A stretch of 64,000 nt of DNA from Leucoraja ocellata (lineage: Eukaryota). How positions within the stretch are numbered: the stretch's first letter is position 1; each line of letters opens with the position of its first letter. Under the pieces are notes generated by a model. That model did not search any database. It had not been told where the DNA came from and worked only from the letters and a program-made list of their open reading frames with translations. A program made the translations under genes and the position numbers. Below are positions 1-12,956 of the stretch, in pieces. The stretch lies in contig JAWMAR010000114.1 of the NCBI GenBank assembly GCA_036785375.1, positions 744,001 to 808,000 of the forward strand, in the 5' to 3' direction.

Positions 1-669
1 AGATTGCATTAATGCAGAACAGATATGTAATAGCACCAGGCTTGGCATGGTATGCTACATTTAAAATGCATTCTGCTTATCGCTGCAAATTTAAAGGACT
101 CCAGCTCTGAATCCTCCTTTTAACTTTTTTTTTGGAGCAGTTTTAAAACAAGAACAATACTTTAGGTTATATAGAAGTAATTTGATGCATGATATGTGGT
201 AAACAAAGTGTTCTTGGGATAATGAGAATAGCAATGGACTCGCCTTCAAAGCTCTCTACCACTGTTTCTTGCATTAAGTATATTTGCACCTTTTGTTGAC
301 TAATTCATCAAGATTGATCCTACTATTATTACTATATTATGATTAGACTATATTATTATATTTTGCTGTTACCAGGGTAATAGAAAGGGAACAAAAAGGA
401 TATAGGAACTGCTGGTGGAGATGTGCCTAAAACTTATTTTTATATAGCTATGGAATCAAATTCAAAACATGACTAATATCGCACCTCCTTTTCCCAGTTC
501 AAGCCCCGTTTATTTTCTATTTTTACCACATAGCAGTTATCCTGTTATTGTAACTACATTCTCCCTTAACCACCATCACCAAAATAAAAAGGTTAACTGG
601 ACATTCATGCTACTGCTGCCATAGACAAATCTGCAATGCACAACTTGCTACTATGTTTACAAGGTAGAT

Positions 670-2526
670 TCCTACCGACTGCGAAGGGCGGTGAAGGACG
701 CAAAAAGGAGGTACAGGGACAAGATGGAGTCACAGGTGGAGCAGCAGGACACCAGAAGCCTGTGGCAGGGGCTACGGACTGTAACCAACTACCGGAGCAC
801 CCCACCCTCATCCGCAAGTGCCGCACCTCCCTAGCTGATGACCTGAACTCTTTTTACGCTCGTTTCGAGATGGGCAACACCACCCCAGGTCTGCCGACTA
901 TCGACAATACGAAGCTGAAGGGAGGAATGTGCACACATTCTCGCTGTCCGAGCACGACGTGAGGAGGGCTCTGACACGGGTGAACACGAGGAAAGCTGCA
1001 GGCCCTGATGGCATCTCGGGGCGAGTACTCAAGTCCTGTGCACGCAGCTGACATGGTGCTCACTACAATATTCAACATCTCCCTGGACAAGTCTGTGGTC
1101 CCTGCCTGCTTCAAAAGATCCATCATTGTACCGGTACCAAAAAATGCCTCCCCAGCCTGTCTGAATGACTACCGTCCGGTGGCCCTTACCTCGGTAGTCA
1201 TGAAATGCTTTGAGAGGCTGGTGAAGAAACACATCTGCGCCTTCCTCCCTCGCAACATAGATCCATTGCACTTCGCATACCGTCCGAACAGATCCATGGA
1301 CGATGCGGTCTCCCAGGTTTTGCACACCGCTCTCTCTCATCTTGACAGCCAGAAGGGGGGCTACGTGAGGATGCTGTTCATAGACTTCAGTTCAGCCTTC
1401 AACACGATAGTCCCCATCAGACTGGCCGGGAAGCTACTGGAATTAGGGCTCAACATCCCCCTGTGTGCCTGGGCCCTGGACTTTCTCACCACCAGGCCCC
1501 AGGTAGTCAAGATGGGAGGGAATACATCAAAGTCCCTCACCCTGAGCACAGGATCGCCCCAGGGTTACGTCCTCAGCCCCCTATTGTACTCCCTGTACAC
1601 ACATGACTGTGTGGCTAGGTTCAGCTCCAACTCAATAATTAAGTTTGCTGATGACACTGTGGTGGTGGGCCTTATCTCAGACAACGATGAGAGGGCCTAC
1701 CGGTAGGAGGTGGCTGATCTAGCACTCTGGTGCCAGGACAACAGCCTCCTCTTGAACATCAAAAAAACGAAGGAGCTGATCGTGGACTTTAGGAGGGCAC
1801 ATCATCCGAGGACGTACACTCCATTGAGGATAAATGGGGATCCTGTGGATAGGGTGAACTGTTTTAAATATCTGGGAGTCCACATCTCTGAGGATATGAC
1901 ATGGACATCACACGCCGCAGCACTCGTGAGTAAGGCAAGGCAGCGCCTTTACCACCTCAGGCAATTGAGGAAATTCAGAGTGTCTCCGAGGATCCTCGAG
2001 TGCTTCTACTCAGCGGCTGTGGAAAGCATCTTGTCCGGGAATATTACCATCTGGTTTGGGAATTTCTCTGCCCAGGACAACAAGGCTCTGCAGAGAGTAG
2101 TGCGTTCGGCCAAACGCACTATGGGAACTTCACTCGCCCCCCTGCAGGAACTATACAACGGGAGGTGCAACTCCAGAGCCAATAAAATCATGGGAGACCC
2201 CTTCCACCCATGCAACGGACTGTTCCAGCTGCTACGGTCAGGGAAACGCCTCCGTTGCCATGCAGTGAGAACGGAGAGGTTGAGAAGGAGTTTCTTCCCA
2301 GAGGCCATTCGGACTGTAAAGTCTTATCTCACCAGGGACTAACTTTACTGAACGTTTTTCCTTCCAATATTTAATATGTAAAATAATATGTGTGTGTTTA
2401 TGATTGTGTTTATAGTTTGTTTGGTTGTTTGTTTGTTTTTCTTTTTGCACAAAGTCTGCGAGCATTGTCACTTTTCATTTCACTGCACATCTCGTATGTG
2501 TATGTGACGAATAAACTTGACTTGAC
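670..2526 (+). mobile_element. 5'-truncated Rex1/Babar-like (L2/CR1 superclade) LINE, RT largely intact
   Basis: ORFs 1008-1706 and 1710-2342 with [27 protein letters not shown] and KYLG motifs; one in-frame TAG at 1704-1706; AATAAA plus (CTTGA)n tail. Confidence 0.9.
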
Positions 2527-3904
2527 GTTTGCTTGTGCTAGACTGAGCAGGGAGGAGAGCTAGAGGGGGGAATGGAGGGGGGGGTGGGGGGGGGGAGAGA
2601 GGCAAGAGACGAATTGAGGGGGAAAGGAGCTTAGGAAATAGGAATAGTCCGAAGGAACAATGGGAAATGGGATCAGCAACAGGGGTGAATCCAAGAGGGA
2701 AACACAATGGAAGCAGGTGCAGAACAGAATGTGAGGGGAGGAGTAAAAAGAGGATCAAGTCCAGAGGGGAATGTGTGGAACAGATGTAGGGGTTGTCTGA
2801 GAGAGGAAGGCAATCCCAAAAGAAAGAGGGAAATAATCCATTGGGAAACAGATAAGGAAAATTAATTCAAATCGCTCTCAGAAATTCCAGAAAGGCAGTA
2901 TCCTGGAAAGTGGTCGTATTTATACATTTAAAGAGGGGTTTACTTCAAAAAACAATACTTTAGGTTAAAGTATAAAGTCTGAAGAAGGGTTTTGACCAAA
3001 AACATCACCTCTAGTGACGCTGCCTGACCTGCAGAGATACTCCAGCTTTATGTGTCTATTTTCAGTGTAAACCAGCATCTGTAGTTCCTTCTTGTACGAA
3101 AGTAATTTGATGCATGATATGTGGTAAGTGTTGGGATAAAGAGATTAGCAATGGACTCATCTCCAAAGCTTTCCATCACTGTATAGTCCCTTCCTACCAT
3201 CATAGTCATTCAGCCCACCTTGTTCACGCTGACCAACATGCCCCATCTAAGTTTGCCCATTTGGCCGCGTTTGGCACATATCCCTCGAAACCTTTCCTAT
3301 CCATGTATTGTCCAAGTGTCTTTCAAATGTTATTGTACCTGCCTCAACTACCTCCTCTGACAGCTCGTTGCAAGTTGAAACTTTCGGAATAGTTTACTTC
3401 AAGTGAGCTGAGCTGCAAATTATTACACAAATACTCAAATATCTTTCCAAATATACAAACAAACGATTATTAAAAAGAGTTTCCTGGCTACGAACCAATG
3501 ATACAAGAACGTCAATATAGAAAACACGATTCAGGTACTCATACAATATCCTTTGAATAACTGAAATATCTTTCTCTTTGATGTGATAAATAATCTTTGA
3601 ACTATTTGTACAATTTGAAAATGTAGTCAGATAATTTATTTGGCTCTTTTTGCAAATGACCTATTCCGTCTTTGAGAAATGCTGACTCAACGACCGAAAG
3701 CAAGCGAGAGCCACGGTCGGGTCCGCTTCAGTGATTAAAAATGCTACTTTTGAGGTTACTGGATGAGAAACGCGAAGGAAGCGAGACATTGCCAGGCAGC
3801 AGATTAACCCGTTAATGTTCCGTGGGTTTTAGCCGGGCAGATTCGGAAGTTGTCAGTAATACGGTGACTTGTCCTGCCAGCTCCAGCCCACGACCCGTTC
3901 TTAC

Positions 3905-4080
3905 CTCCGACTGCCAATTCTCATTTCTGTCTTGGTGTCTGTGCCGAGGTCGTTCTCCTTTCTGCTGCTCGCTGCCTTGTGGCTGTGCTTCAGTCTCGAA
4001 GCAGATAGTGTGGGGTCCTTCTGCAGAGTCGTAACGGTCCTGTCATGTTCTACTGTCAGGGAATCTGCCCTCCTTCGCAT
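3905..4080 (-). CDS. ABHD12: ABHD12 (lysophosphatidylserine lipase) first coding exon; the rest of the gene lies left of the window
   Basis: ATG at 4080 gives MRRRADSLTVEHDR...SRLKHSH...EMRIGSRR, resembling human ABHD12 N-terminus (MRKRTEPVALEHER...CRLKQ...MKRALGRR). Ends at an AG|GTAAGA donor in phase 2. CpG-rich context and head-to-head position relative to GINS1, as in human. Confidence 0.85.
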
Positions 4081-4520
4081 TACTGGGGAAAACAAGACGC
4101 CGAGAGTCACCTTCTAACTTGGGGGGAGGCGATGAGGGGGATCCAAATAGAATGGCTGAAGGCTGAGAGCCCCGGGGAGGTTTGTGGAAGGACCGGCGAG
4201 GATGGACCGCGCTAATGCAGACGGTGCGGACTTCAGTCAGCCAGTGCTCGGTGTTTCTGGAAGCACCCAGTCTGTTACATTGTTTGCAGCAACTCCCACC
4301 TCTTGAAATCAGCTGATCAGCCGCAACCTCCAACCTTTCACCCGCTTGCAGCGCGCACGCCTCCCACCTTTCCACGGTGCATGTGGCGTCCATCTTTCAG
4401 GCAGGCAGAAGGCCGTCAACTCGTTGACTTTGTAGCATTAACCGTTTCAAATAACTCTGATTTAAGAATGTACAACATCAGCTTGTTTGGTGTGGCAGCA
4501 AGCCGGAAGTTGACTTTCTA
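4081..4520 (-). promoter_or_regulatory. CpG-rich 5' UTR/promoter region of ABHD12
   Basis: Raised CpG density upstream of the ABHD12 ATG; GCGCGCACGC near 4350; ETS-like GCCGGAAGT near 4502. Confidence 0.5.
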
Positions 4521-5610
4521 GTTGGATTTAATAAACGCAGAATGAATTATTCCAGTTTACTTCGCATCGTAGGAGAATCAAATACAACGGGTTTAAGGTA
4601 ACTGACAAAAGAGCCAAGGCGAAGACGAGCTCTATTTTTGACGGCGGTGGGTGGGGTGGAGACAGAGAATCCTCCGGGGGGGGGGGGGGGGGGGGGAGTG
4701 ATGGGAGGTGAAACCGCACTGTCTCATGTTGATAACAAATTCAATGATACATTTTGGAAAAAAAACATAAAAGTGTTTCATGCTGACACGTTATTTGCTG
4801 AATCACGATTAAGCGTTAGATTTTATAATCATCAAGTAGTAACTAATACTATAGTCTGGTGGTTTTATGGATTATTATGTGATTTAACAGAATGAAACAT
4901 TTAATTAGATTTACAGTATTCGCAGGCTTTCGTTCAAATAAACTTGCAATTCAATTAATATTCCAGGAAGTCCCAAAGTACATAGCTAAGTTGCACACAG
5001 AAATACATGTCCATTAACAACAATAAAGTAAATATTTGGAATACTATGTAGAGCTTTGGTCATTCTGCAATAGGAAAGAATAAGATGGAAAGAGTGCAGG
5101 GAAGATATATTAAGATGTTGCGAGAACTTGAGGGCATGAGCTATAGGGATGGTTGGGCAGACTTGTTTTCATCTTTAAACTATTATTGTTTTCTTATATC
5201 CTTTCGAGGGCAGGATGCAAAGTGGTGGTGATTTTATATAGTGGTGTATAAAGTCAAGAGTGTTTTATTGTCATATGTCCCAAAACAAAACAATACAAAT
5301 CTTACTTGCAGCAGCACAACAGTAATGTGAACCATAATTAACAACAAAAAGTTCAGTGTATGTGTGTGTATACTGACTTTTTTGTTGTTAATTATGGTGT
5401 TTACAGAGTACTATGTTTATATTACTGTTGTGTTGTTGCAAGTAAGAATTGTATTGTTTCACTTTGGGACATATGACAATAAAACACTCTTGACTTTACA
5501 CACCTATATAAAATCACCACCACTTTGCATCCTGCGCTTGAAGGGATGTAAGAAAACAATGTCCCCGAGTCTTCGTAGTTCGGAGCTTATTTGGAGGTTG
5601 TATTGTTTAA

Positions 5611-6056
5611 TATAACCATATAACATATAACCATATAACAATTACGCCCCTACAAGTCCGTGCCGAACAACTTTTTTTCCCTTAGTCCCACCTGCCTGCA
5701 CTCATACCATAACCCTCCATTCCCTTCTCATCCATATGCCTATCCAATTTATTTTTAAATGATACCAATGAACCTGCCTCCACCACTTCCACTGGAAGCT
5801 CATTCCACACCGCTAGCATTCTCTGAGTAAAGAAGTTCCCCCTCATATTACCCTTAAACTTCTGTCCCTTAATTCTGAAGTCATGTCCTCTTGTTTGAAT
5901 CTTCCCTATTCTCAAAGGGAAAAGCTTGTCCACATCAACTCTGTCTATCCCTCTCATCATTTTAAAGACCTATATCAAGTCCCCCCTTAACCTGCGCTCC
6001 AGAGAATAAAGACCTAACTTATTCAACCTATCTCTGTAACTTAGTTGTTGAAACCC
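5611..6056 (-). mobile_element. CR1-type LINE 3' fragment
   Basis: ORF 5682-5960 (TRGH...FFTQR..VWNELP) and a short tandem tail at 5611-5640. Confidence 0.85.
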
Positions 6057-6292
6057 AAATAGCCTGATGTTTGTTGGCAAGAAGCTGCTCGTGAACGTGA
6101 ACGTCACAGTTTTCAGGTTCATATACCTCGTCCTGATGGCAGGAGTGAAATGAGAGTTGGGCAGTGTGGTGTGGGTCTCGGAGGATGCTAGCTGCCTATT
6201 TGAGGCAGCGACTCTTGTAGATCATGACAGGAATAGATAGGGTGAATGAAGTTTTTTTTCCAGGATAGAGAAATCAGGAACTCTGGGGCATA

Positions 6293-8282
6293 CAGTGCCC
6301 TCCATAATGTTTGGGACAAAGACCGATCATTTATTTATTTGCCTCTGTAAATTTGAGATTTGTAATTTAAAAAAATCACGTGGTTAAAGTGCACATTGGC
6401 AGATTTTATTAAAGGTATTTTTATACATTTTGGGTTCACCATGTAAAAATTACAGCTGTGTTTATATATAGTCCCCCCCATTTCAGGACACCATAATGTT
6501 TGGCACACATGGCTTCACAGGTGTTTGTAATTGCTCAGGTGTGTTTAATTGCCTCCTTAATGCAGGTATCAGAGAGCTCCCAGTACCTAGTCTTTCCTCC
6601 TGTCTTCCCATCACCTTTGGAAATGTTTATTGCTGTTTATCAACATGAGGACAAAGTGGTGTCAATGAAAGTCAAAGAAGCCACTATGAGACTGAGAAAC
6701 AAGAATAAAACTGTTAGCGACATCAGCCATACCTTAGGCTTACCAACATCAACTGTTTGGAACATCATAAGAAGAAAGAGAACACTGATGAGCTTACTAA
6801 TCACAAAGAGACTGGCAAGCCAAGGAAAACCTCCACAGCTGATGACAGAAGAATTCTCTCTATAATAAAGAAAAAAACCCAAACACCTGTCCGACAGATC
6901 AGAAACGCTCTTCAGGTGTAGATTTGTCAATGACCAGCGTCCGCAGAAAACTTCATGAACAGAAATACAGAGGCTACACTGCAAGATGCAAACCACTGGT
7001 TAGCTTCAAAAATAGGATGGCCGGGTTACAATTTGCCAAGAAGTACTTAAAAGAGCAACCACAATTCTTGAAAAATGTCTTGTGGTCAGATGAGACAAAG
7101 ATTAAGTTATATCAGAGTGATGGCAAGAGCAAAGTATGGAGGAGAGAAGGAACTGCCCAAGATCCAAAGCGTACCACCTCATCTGTGAGACAAGATGGTG
7201 GGGGTGTTATGGGCTGGGCATGTATGGCTGCTGAAAGTACTGGCTCAGTTATCTTCATTGATGATACAACTGCTGCGGGTAGTAACATAATGAATTCTGA
7301 AGTGTATAGACACAAAGTATCTGCTCAAATTCAAACAAATGCCTCAAAACTCATTGGCCAGCGGTTCATTCTACAGCAAGACAATGATGCCAAACATACT
7401 GCTAAAGCAACAAAGGGGTTTTTCGAAGCTAAAAAATTGTCAATTCTTGAGTGGCCGTCAATCACCTGATCTGAACCCAATTTGAGCATGTCTTTTATAT
7501 GCTGAAGAGAAAACTGGGGGACTAGCCCCCAAAACAAGCATAAGCTAAAGATGGCTGCAATACAGGCCTGGCAGAGCATCACCAGAGAAGACACCCAGCA
7601 ACTGCTGATGTTCATGAATCGCAGACATCAAGCAATCATTGCATGCAAAGGATATGCAACAAAATACTAAACATGACTACTTTCATTTACATGACATTGC
7701 TGTGTCCCAAAAAATATGGTGCCCTGAAATGGGGGGGGGGGGGGGGGGGGGGAAACAGGACTATATATAAATACTGCTGGAATTTCTACATGGTGAAACC
7801 AAAATGAATGAATGAATGAATTGATCTCTTTATTGTCATTGCACATGGTACAACAAAATTTAAAAGTCAATCCCATGGTAGAACCATTCAGTTGAATGTG
7901 AGTGTTATTACTTATTTTGCATTGCTAAGTTCACGCATGGCTATGGGGTAGAAGCTGTCTCTGAGTCTGTTGGTGCGAGTTTTGAAAGACCTGTACCGTC
8001 TGCCAGAGGGCAGCAGGTGGAACAGGTTGTGTCCAGGTTGGGAAGGGTCCTTCAGGATGTTGGCTGCCCTGCCAAGGCAGCGAGAGCTGAAGATGTCCTT
8101 CAGGGAGGGCAGTGGGCAGCCAGTGATTTTTTGTGCGGTGTTGGTGACCCTTTGAATGTATAAAAATCTGACAATGTGCACTTTAACCACATGTGATTTT
8201 TCCATTACAAAGCTTAAATTGTGGTGTACAGAGGCAAATAAATAAATGATGGGTCTTTGCCCAAACATTACGGAGGGCACTA
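6293..8282 (+). mobile_element. Tc1-family IR/DR DNA transposon with decayed transposase
   Basis: TA|CAGTGCCCTCCATAATGTTTGG at the left end and CCAAACATTACGGAGGGCACT(A)|TA at the right end; roughly 210-bp TIRs with inner direct repeats near 6484-6510 and 7701-7730; VLWSDETK and QQDNDAKHT motifs; frameshifts; inserted in a CR1 fragment. Confidence 0.93.
7806..8154 (-). mobile_element. L2/Rex-like LINE 3' fragment nested in the right TIR of the Tc1
   Basis: HLLPSGRRYRS..TRTNRLRDSFYP; (ATTC)n tail; flanked by AATG. Confidence 0.85.
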
Positions 8283-9539
8283 TAGATCAAAGGTGACAGT
8301 GCAAAGATTAAATAGGAACCCGAGGGGAAACATTTTCACAGATGGGTATATGGAAATAGCTGGCAGAGGAGATAGTCAAGGTTTACTACATGTAAAAGAC
8401 ACTTGGACAGATATGTGGATAGGAAAGGTTTACAAGGATGTGGGCCAAATGCAAACAAATGTGTCTAGCTTAGATGAGGCATCTTGGTCTACATGAACAA
8501 CTTAGATCAAAGGGCCTGTTTTCAGTTTTATATGACTATAAAATATCAGACCATTTGTTTTATGTCTTGATTAAGGGATAAAGATTGGAAGAACGTCACG
8601 AGAATATCCCTGATCTTTTGTGATCAGTGTCACCAAATCTTTTGCATTAACCTTGTAGCACAGAGCTTCAGCTCCAAGTCTGGACTGAGACCTGAATTTT
8701 TATTTGTTCAAAAAGCTGCACTAACAATCAACACAAACCTGATCACTTTAACCCGTTACCTTGTATTTGTGTGAAATTCAAATTAACCTCTTGTGGCTAT
8801 ATTAAGTCCTCACATGATTCATAATAATGATTATTCACACAATTAAAGCACCATTATTATTAGGATTACAGAGGAACAGTTCAAACAATCTGTTTCTTCC
8901 CAACAGTATCAAACTGACTACATTTAATAAGTGATACTGAAGCAGGGAAGTATTACAATTTTTTTTATAGGAACAGCATTGCTGAAGTCATATTCTGCTT
9001 GGGTAGCTTACAACCCAACGGTATGAACATTGAATTCTCTAATTTTAGGTAACCTCTAACAACCCACCCCCTTCCCTTTCTCCCCATTGCCCTACATGAA
9101 TTTTCACCTATTTCTCCTCTCCCCTTCCACCTGCATTCCTTCCTCTGGCTTCACAATTTGCAACTCTTCAATCGCTTTGTCCCACAACTTCTATATTTCT
9201 ATCTCTGGCCTTTGTCCAACAATTTGTCTATCAAACCCCCCCTTGCCCGTGTTCACCCATTACCACCCACACTTTGTCCTACCCCTTCTCTCACCCAGTG
9301 TTCTCCCCTCCACAATCAGTCTGAAGGGTCCCGACCTGTAATGTCACCTATCCATTTACTCCAGAGATACTGCCTAACCCGCTGAGTTACCCCAGTACTT
9401 TGTATTCTTATCCGCAGTTCCTTGTTTCAACACCTCCGGAGTGACCAGACTGCGTACCAGTTCTCATCAGCTTGAGGAAATATGTAGAGTCTTTAACAAG
9501 TAAACTGACTGCTACATCAACTTATGACGAAATGTATAC

Positions 9540-12500
9540 TGTGTGGCCATCTGGTGGTCAAGCCAAGAACGCTGCTCAGGCTTTCCAGCGGCTTATGGAC
9601 ATGGTGGGTCGCAGTTTGGATTTCCTGTTCATTTACCTTGATGACATACAGAGGCTTATGGACATGGTGGGCTGCTCTCGCCAGGAGCACTGTGCTCACC
9701 TCCGGCTGCTCTTGTCAGCAGCTCAGCGAGCATGGCCTGGCCATCAACCTGACTAAGTGACAGTTTAGCCTTAATTTCATCAGTTTCCTCGGCCACCACG
9801 TTAATCAGCGTGGTGTGGTCCCACACCTGATCAAGGTTGAGCCATTCATCAGTTTCCTAGGCTCCCCATGGTGCGAGGACTCCAAGAGTTTGTCGGCATG
9901 GTGAATTCTTATTACCGTTTCATGCCAGCGGCTGCCGGATCATGCAACCGTTGTTCAGGATCTTGGCCAGCAAGCAGTGGGACCTCATGTGGGATGATGC
10001 AGTAACGACAGCTTTCAAAGACGCAGATCGATGGATGCTGGCAGCCCCTTGCCATTTTCAGTCGTCACCTGCGACCTCCTGAGCAGAAGTACAGTGCTTT
10101 CGACCGTGAGCTCCTTGCGCTCTACCTGGCCATCCGGCATTTCCGTTATTTCCTCGAGGGCAGAGATTTCACGGCTTTTACTGATCACAAGCCACTTGCG
10201 TTTGCTTTTTCGAAGGTGCCTGATCCCTGGTCATCTCAGCAGCAGCGTACTTGGCCTACATCTTGGTGTACACGACTTGCCTCCTGCACATCGTGGATAA
10301 GAGCAACCGGTTGTACTGCAGATGCGTTGTACTGCACCGCCATTAATGCTATCCACGCTTTGGCCCCGGGCGTCGACTACACAGCCCTGGTGGCTGCACA
10401 GCATGAGGATGAGGAGATGCTGTGCCCATTTCCGGCCTGTTGTTGGAGGATGTACCGCTGGCACCACGGTTCTTTGCGATGTGTCTATCGGTCAGCCAAG
10501 ACGCATCATCCCCGCAGCTTGGCATTGCCGGATCTATCCTTCCATCCGGGCAACGGCGGCGCTGGTGGCGGCCAAGTTTATGTGGCACCGGTTGCGCAAG
10601 CAGGTCGGCAACTGGGCCAGGGCGTGTATTCCCTGTCAAACGTCGAAGGTTCAGCGTCACATCAAGGCGCCCTTGCAGGATTCTGCCTTTTTGCAGTGGC
10701 GTTTCGACCATATCCACGTCAACCTCGTGGGATCGCTGCACCCATCCAGAGGTGTCATCCACCTTCTCTCTCTCATGGACCATTTCACGCGATGGCCAGA
10801 GGCTGTCCCGCTCGCAGATACCTCCGTTGCCCACTGGATCACCCGTTTTGATGTGCCGGTGGACATCTCTTCTGACAGTGGTGTGCTGTTCACCTCCGAG
10901 TTGTGGTCTGCAATGGCCCGGCTGCTGGGCACTCAGCTGCACCACACTACGGCCTACCACACGCACCGTGAAGGTGTCCTTAAAGCAAGCATGAGACAGG
11001 AAAAAACTGAAAAAAGAGGAAGAAAGATGGAGGTCTAAGTGGCATTGCCCCTGATAGGATTCCAAGAGGCAATGCCCCTGGCGGGGGTAAAAGAGGGCAG
11101 CACCTCCTTTATGCAGAATTTTTTTGATAATTGTACCTTGAAATGACACCGTGTGCTTGCCTGTTTACCCATAATGTTTCACAGGGTCTTCCCCACTCAC
11201 ACTCGCAGGGAACCCTTCACTGCTCACACTCACAGGGACACCCCCTTACCTTTACTCACACTCACAGGGACCACCTCACTGCTCACACTCACAGGAAACC
11301 CCCCCACCTTTGCTCACTCACAGGGAACCCCTCACTGCTCACTCACAGGAAACCCCCCCCCCCCCTTGCCTTTGCTCACACTCGCAGGGACCCCCTCACT
11401 GCTCACTTACAGGAAACCCCTCACCTTTGCTCACTCACAGGGAACCCCTCACTGCTCACACACATAGGGACTCCTCCCCCTTACCTTTGCTCACACTCAC
11501 AGGGATCCCCTCACTGTTCACTCACAGGAAACCCCTCACCTTTGCTCACTCACAGGAACCCCCTCACTGCTCACGCTCACTCACAGGGAACCCCTCACTG
11601 CTCACACTCACAGGGACATCCCCTCACCTTTACTCACACTCACAGACTCCCCCCTCTGCTCACCAGGGCTCACACACACTCCTTCTACTTGCTTTAAAAC
11701 GCTTATTGACACCGACAAGGCCCCGACCCTGTGGTCGCGCCCTTTCCCAGCCCAGTGTCCACTCTCCCACTCTCCCGGGGTCGCTGCTACCTGCGCTAAC
11801 TGCACTCCCGGCCCCTCGCTCCACCAGGCCTCGCCTTGTCCCGCCCCCGGACGTCTCCCTCTTCCAATCACTACTCCCTATCCTCAATCCTGCCCCCCAC
11901 TTCCGCCTCTGATCGTTGCCTCCCTCCTCCAATCATCGCACTGAATCATCATGTCCCCCCCCCCCCCCAACTGTCTGCTGACCGACGTCCCTCTGGTCCA
12001 ATCGGCGCCCTTGATCATGAGTCCTGCCCCCACTGTCTCACATTAACGAATTTCAAAATCCATGGATCCGTGGAGAAATTTCATGCCTGTTAAAGGCACG
12101 GCTCACAGGCCCGGAATGGATGGACGAGTTGCTATTGGTCCTGCTGGGAATACGCACTGACCCGAAGGAGGACCTGGCTACTTCCTCGGCTGATCTGGTG
12201 TACGGCGCCTCGCTTACGGTCCCGGGGGATTTCATCCCGGCAGCACATGGGCATCAGGATCCGCTCTCGACCATGCTGACACGCCTCCAGGAGAAGGTGG
12301 GCACGCTCTCTCCTGTCCCGAAGTCCCGCCACGGACTTACTCCAATGCACGTCCCGTCCGCCCTCAAGTACTGCAAGTATGTTTTCCTGTGCCGTGATTC
12401 TCACCGTACGCCACTGCAGAGGCCTTATTAGGGTCCTTTCGAGGTGCTGCAACACTTCACCTCGACTTTTGTGCTCAACATGAGCGGCCGGCACGAGACT

Positions 12501-12956
12501 GTTTCAGTGGCCCATCCTAAGCCGGCTAATTTGGACATTGCTCAGCCAGTGCAGGTGGCGCAGCCCCGCCGTCGGGGGCGTCCACCGTCATGACCGCACC
12601 CGCCCTCATCTCTGCCGATTGAGGCCCCATGCACGGGAAATGTGTACACGAGATCAGGCCGCCTCACTCGTACACCTGCTAGTTTCCGTTACTCGGGTTC
12701 GGGGGGGGGGGGGGGGGGGGGTCATGTGGCGCCATCTGCTGGTCAAGCTACTTATTGCTAGAACCTTCATCAGTGGAGCTGGAACTCTAACGTGAGCGGT
12801 GTTGACGGGAGTTACTGAAGGGGTAGTCATCAGTCAACCGGTGTGCTCCAGAACAATGGCATGAACTTTGCTCAAGCCTTCACTAAACGCACGTGTGTGC
12901 AAAACTGTATTTGTTAATAAAGACACCGTTTTGTACGCAACATTTGGATCTCTACA
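9540..12956 (+). mobile_element. Internally deleted, decayed Gypsy LTR retrotransposon
   Basis: ATAC TSD at 9536-9539 and 12957-12960; RT (KNAAQAFQR, YLDD), RNase H (YSAFDRELLA..TDHKPL) and integrase (C..CQ..K, D..TRWPEA) remnants; G-rich PPT then 3' LTR TG..CA at 12725-12956 with AATAAA. Confidence 0.9.
11180..11680. repeat. Degenerate minisatellite (CTCACACTCACAGGGAACCCCTCACTG-like units)
   Basis: Many tandem variants of 26-33 nt units, inside an insertion that interrupts the Gypsy integrase. Confidence 0.85.

Noticed and set aside
1704-1706. In-frame TAG between two RT ORFs as programmed readthrough
   Set aside because: More simply a GAG->TAG mutation in a 5'-truncated dead LINE that also has upstream frameshifts
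4676-4696. Long G/C homopolymers here and near 7731, 12701, 16051, 27260 and 29183 as functional G-quadruplexes
   Set aside because: Most are expansions of short G runs inside transposons, and their lengths are unreliable in assemblies
11131-11912. Long His/Thr/Pro-rich ORFs in three frames
   Set aside because: These are translations of a stop-poor minisatellite
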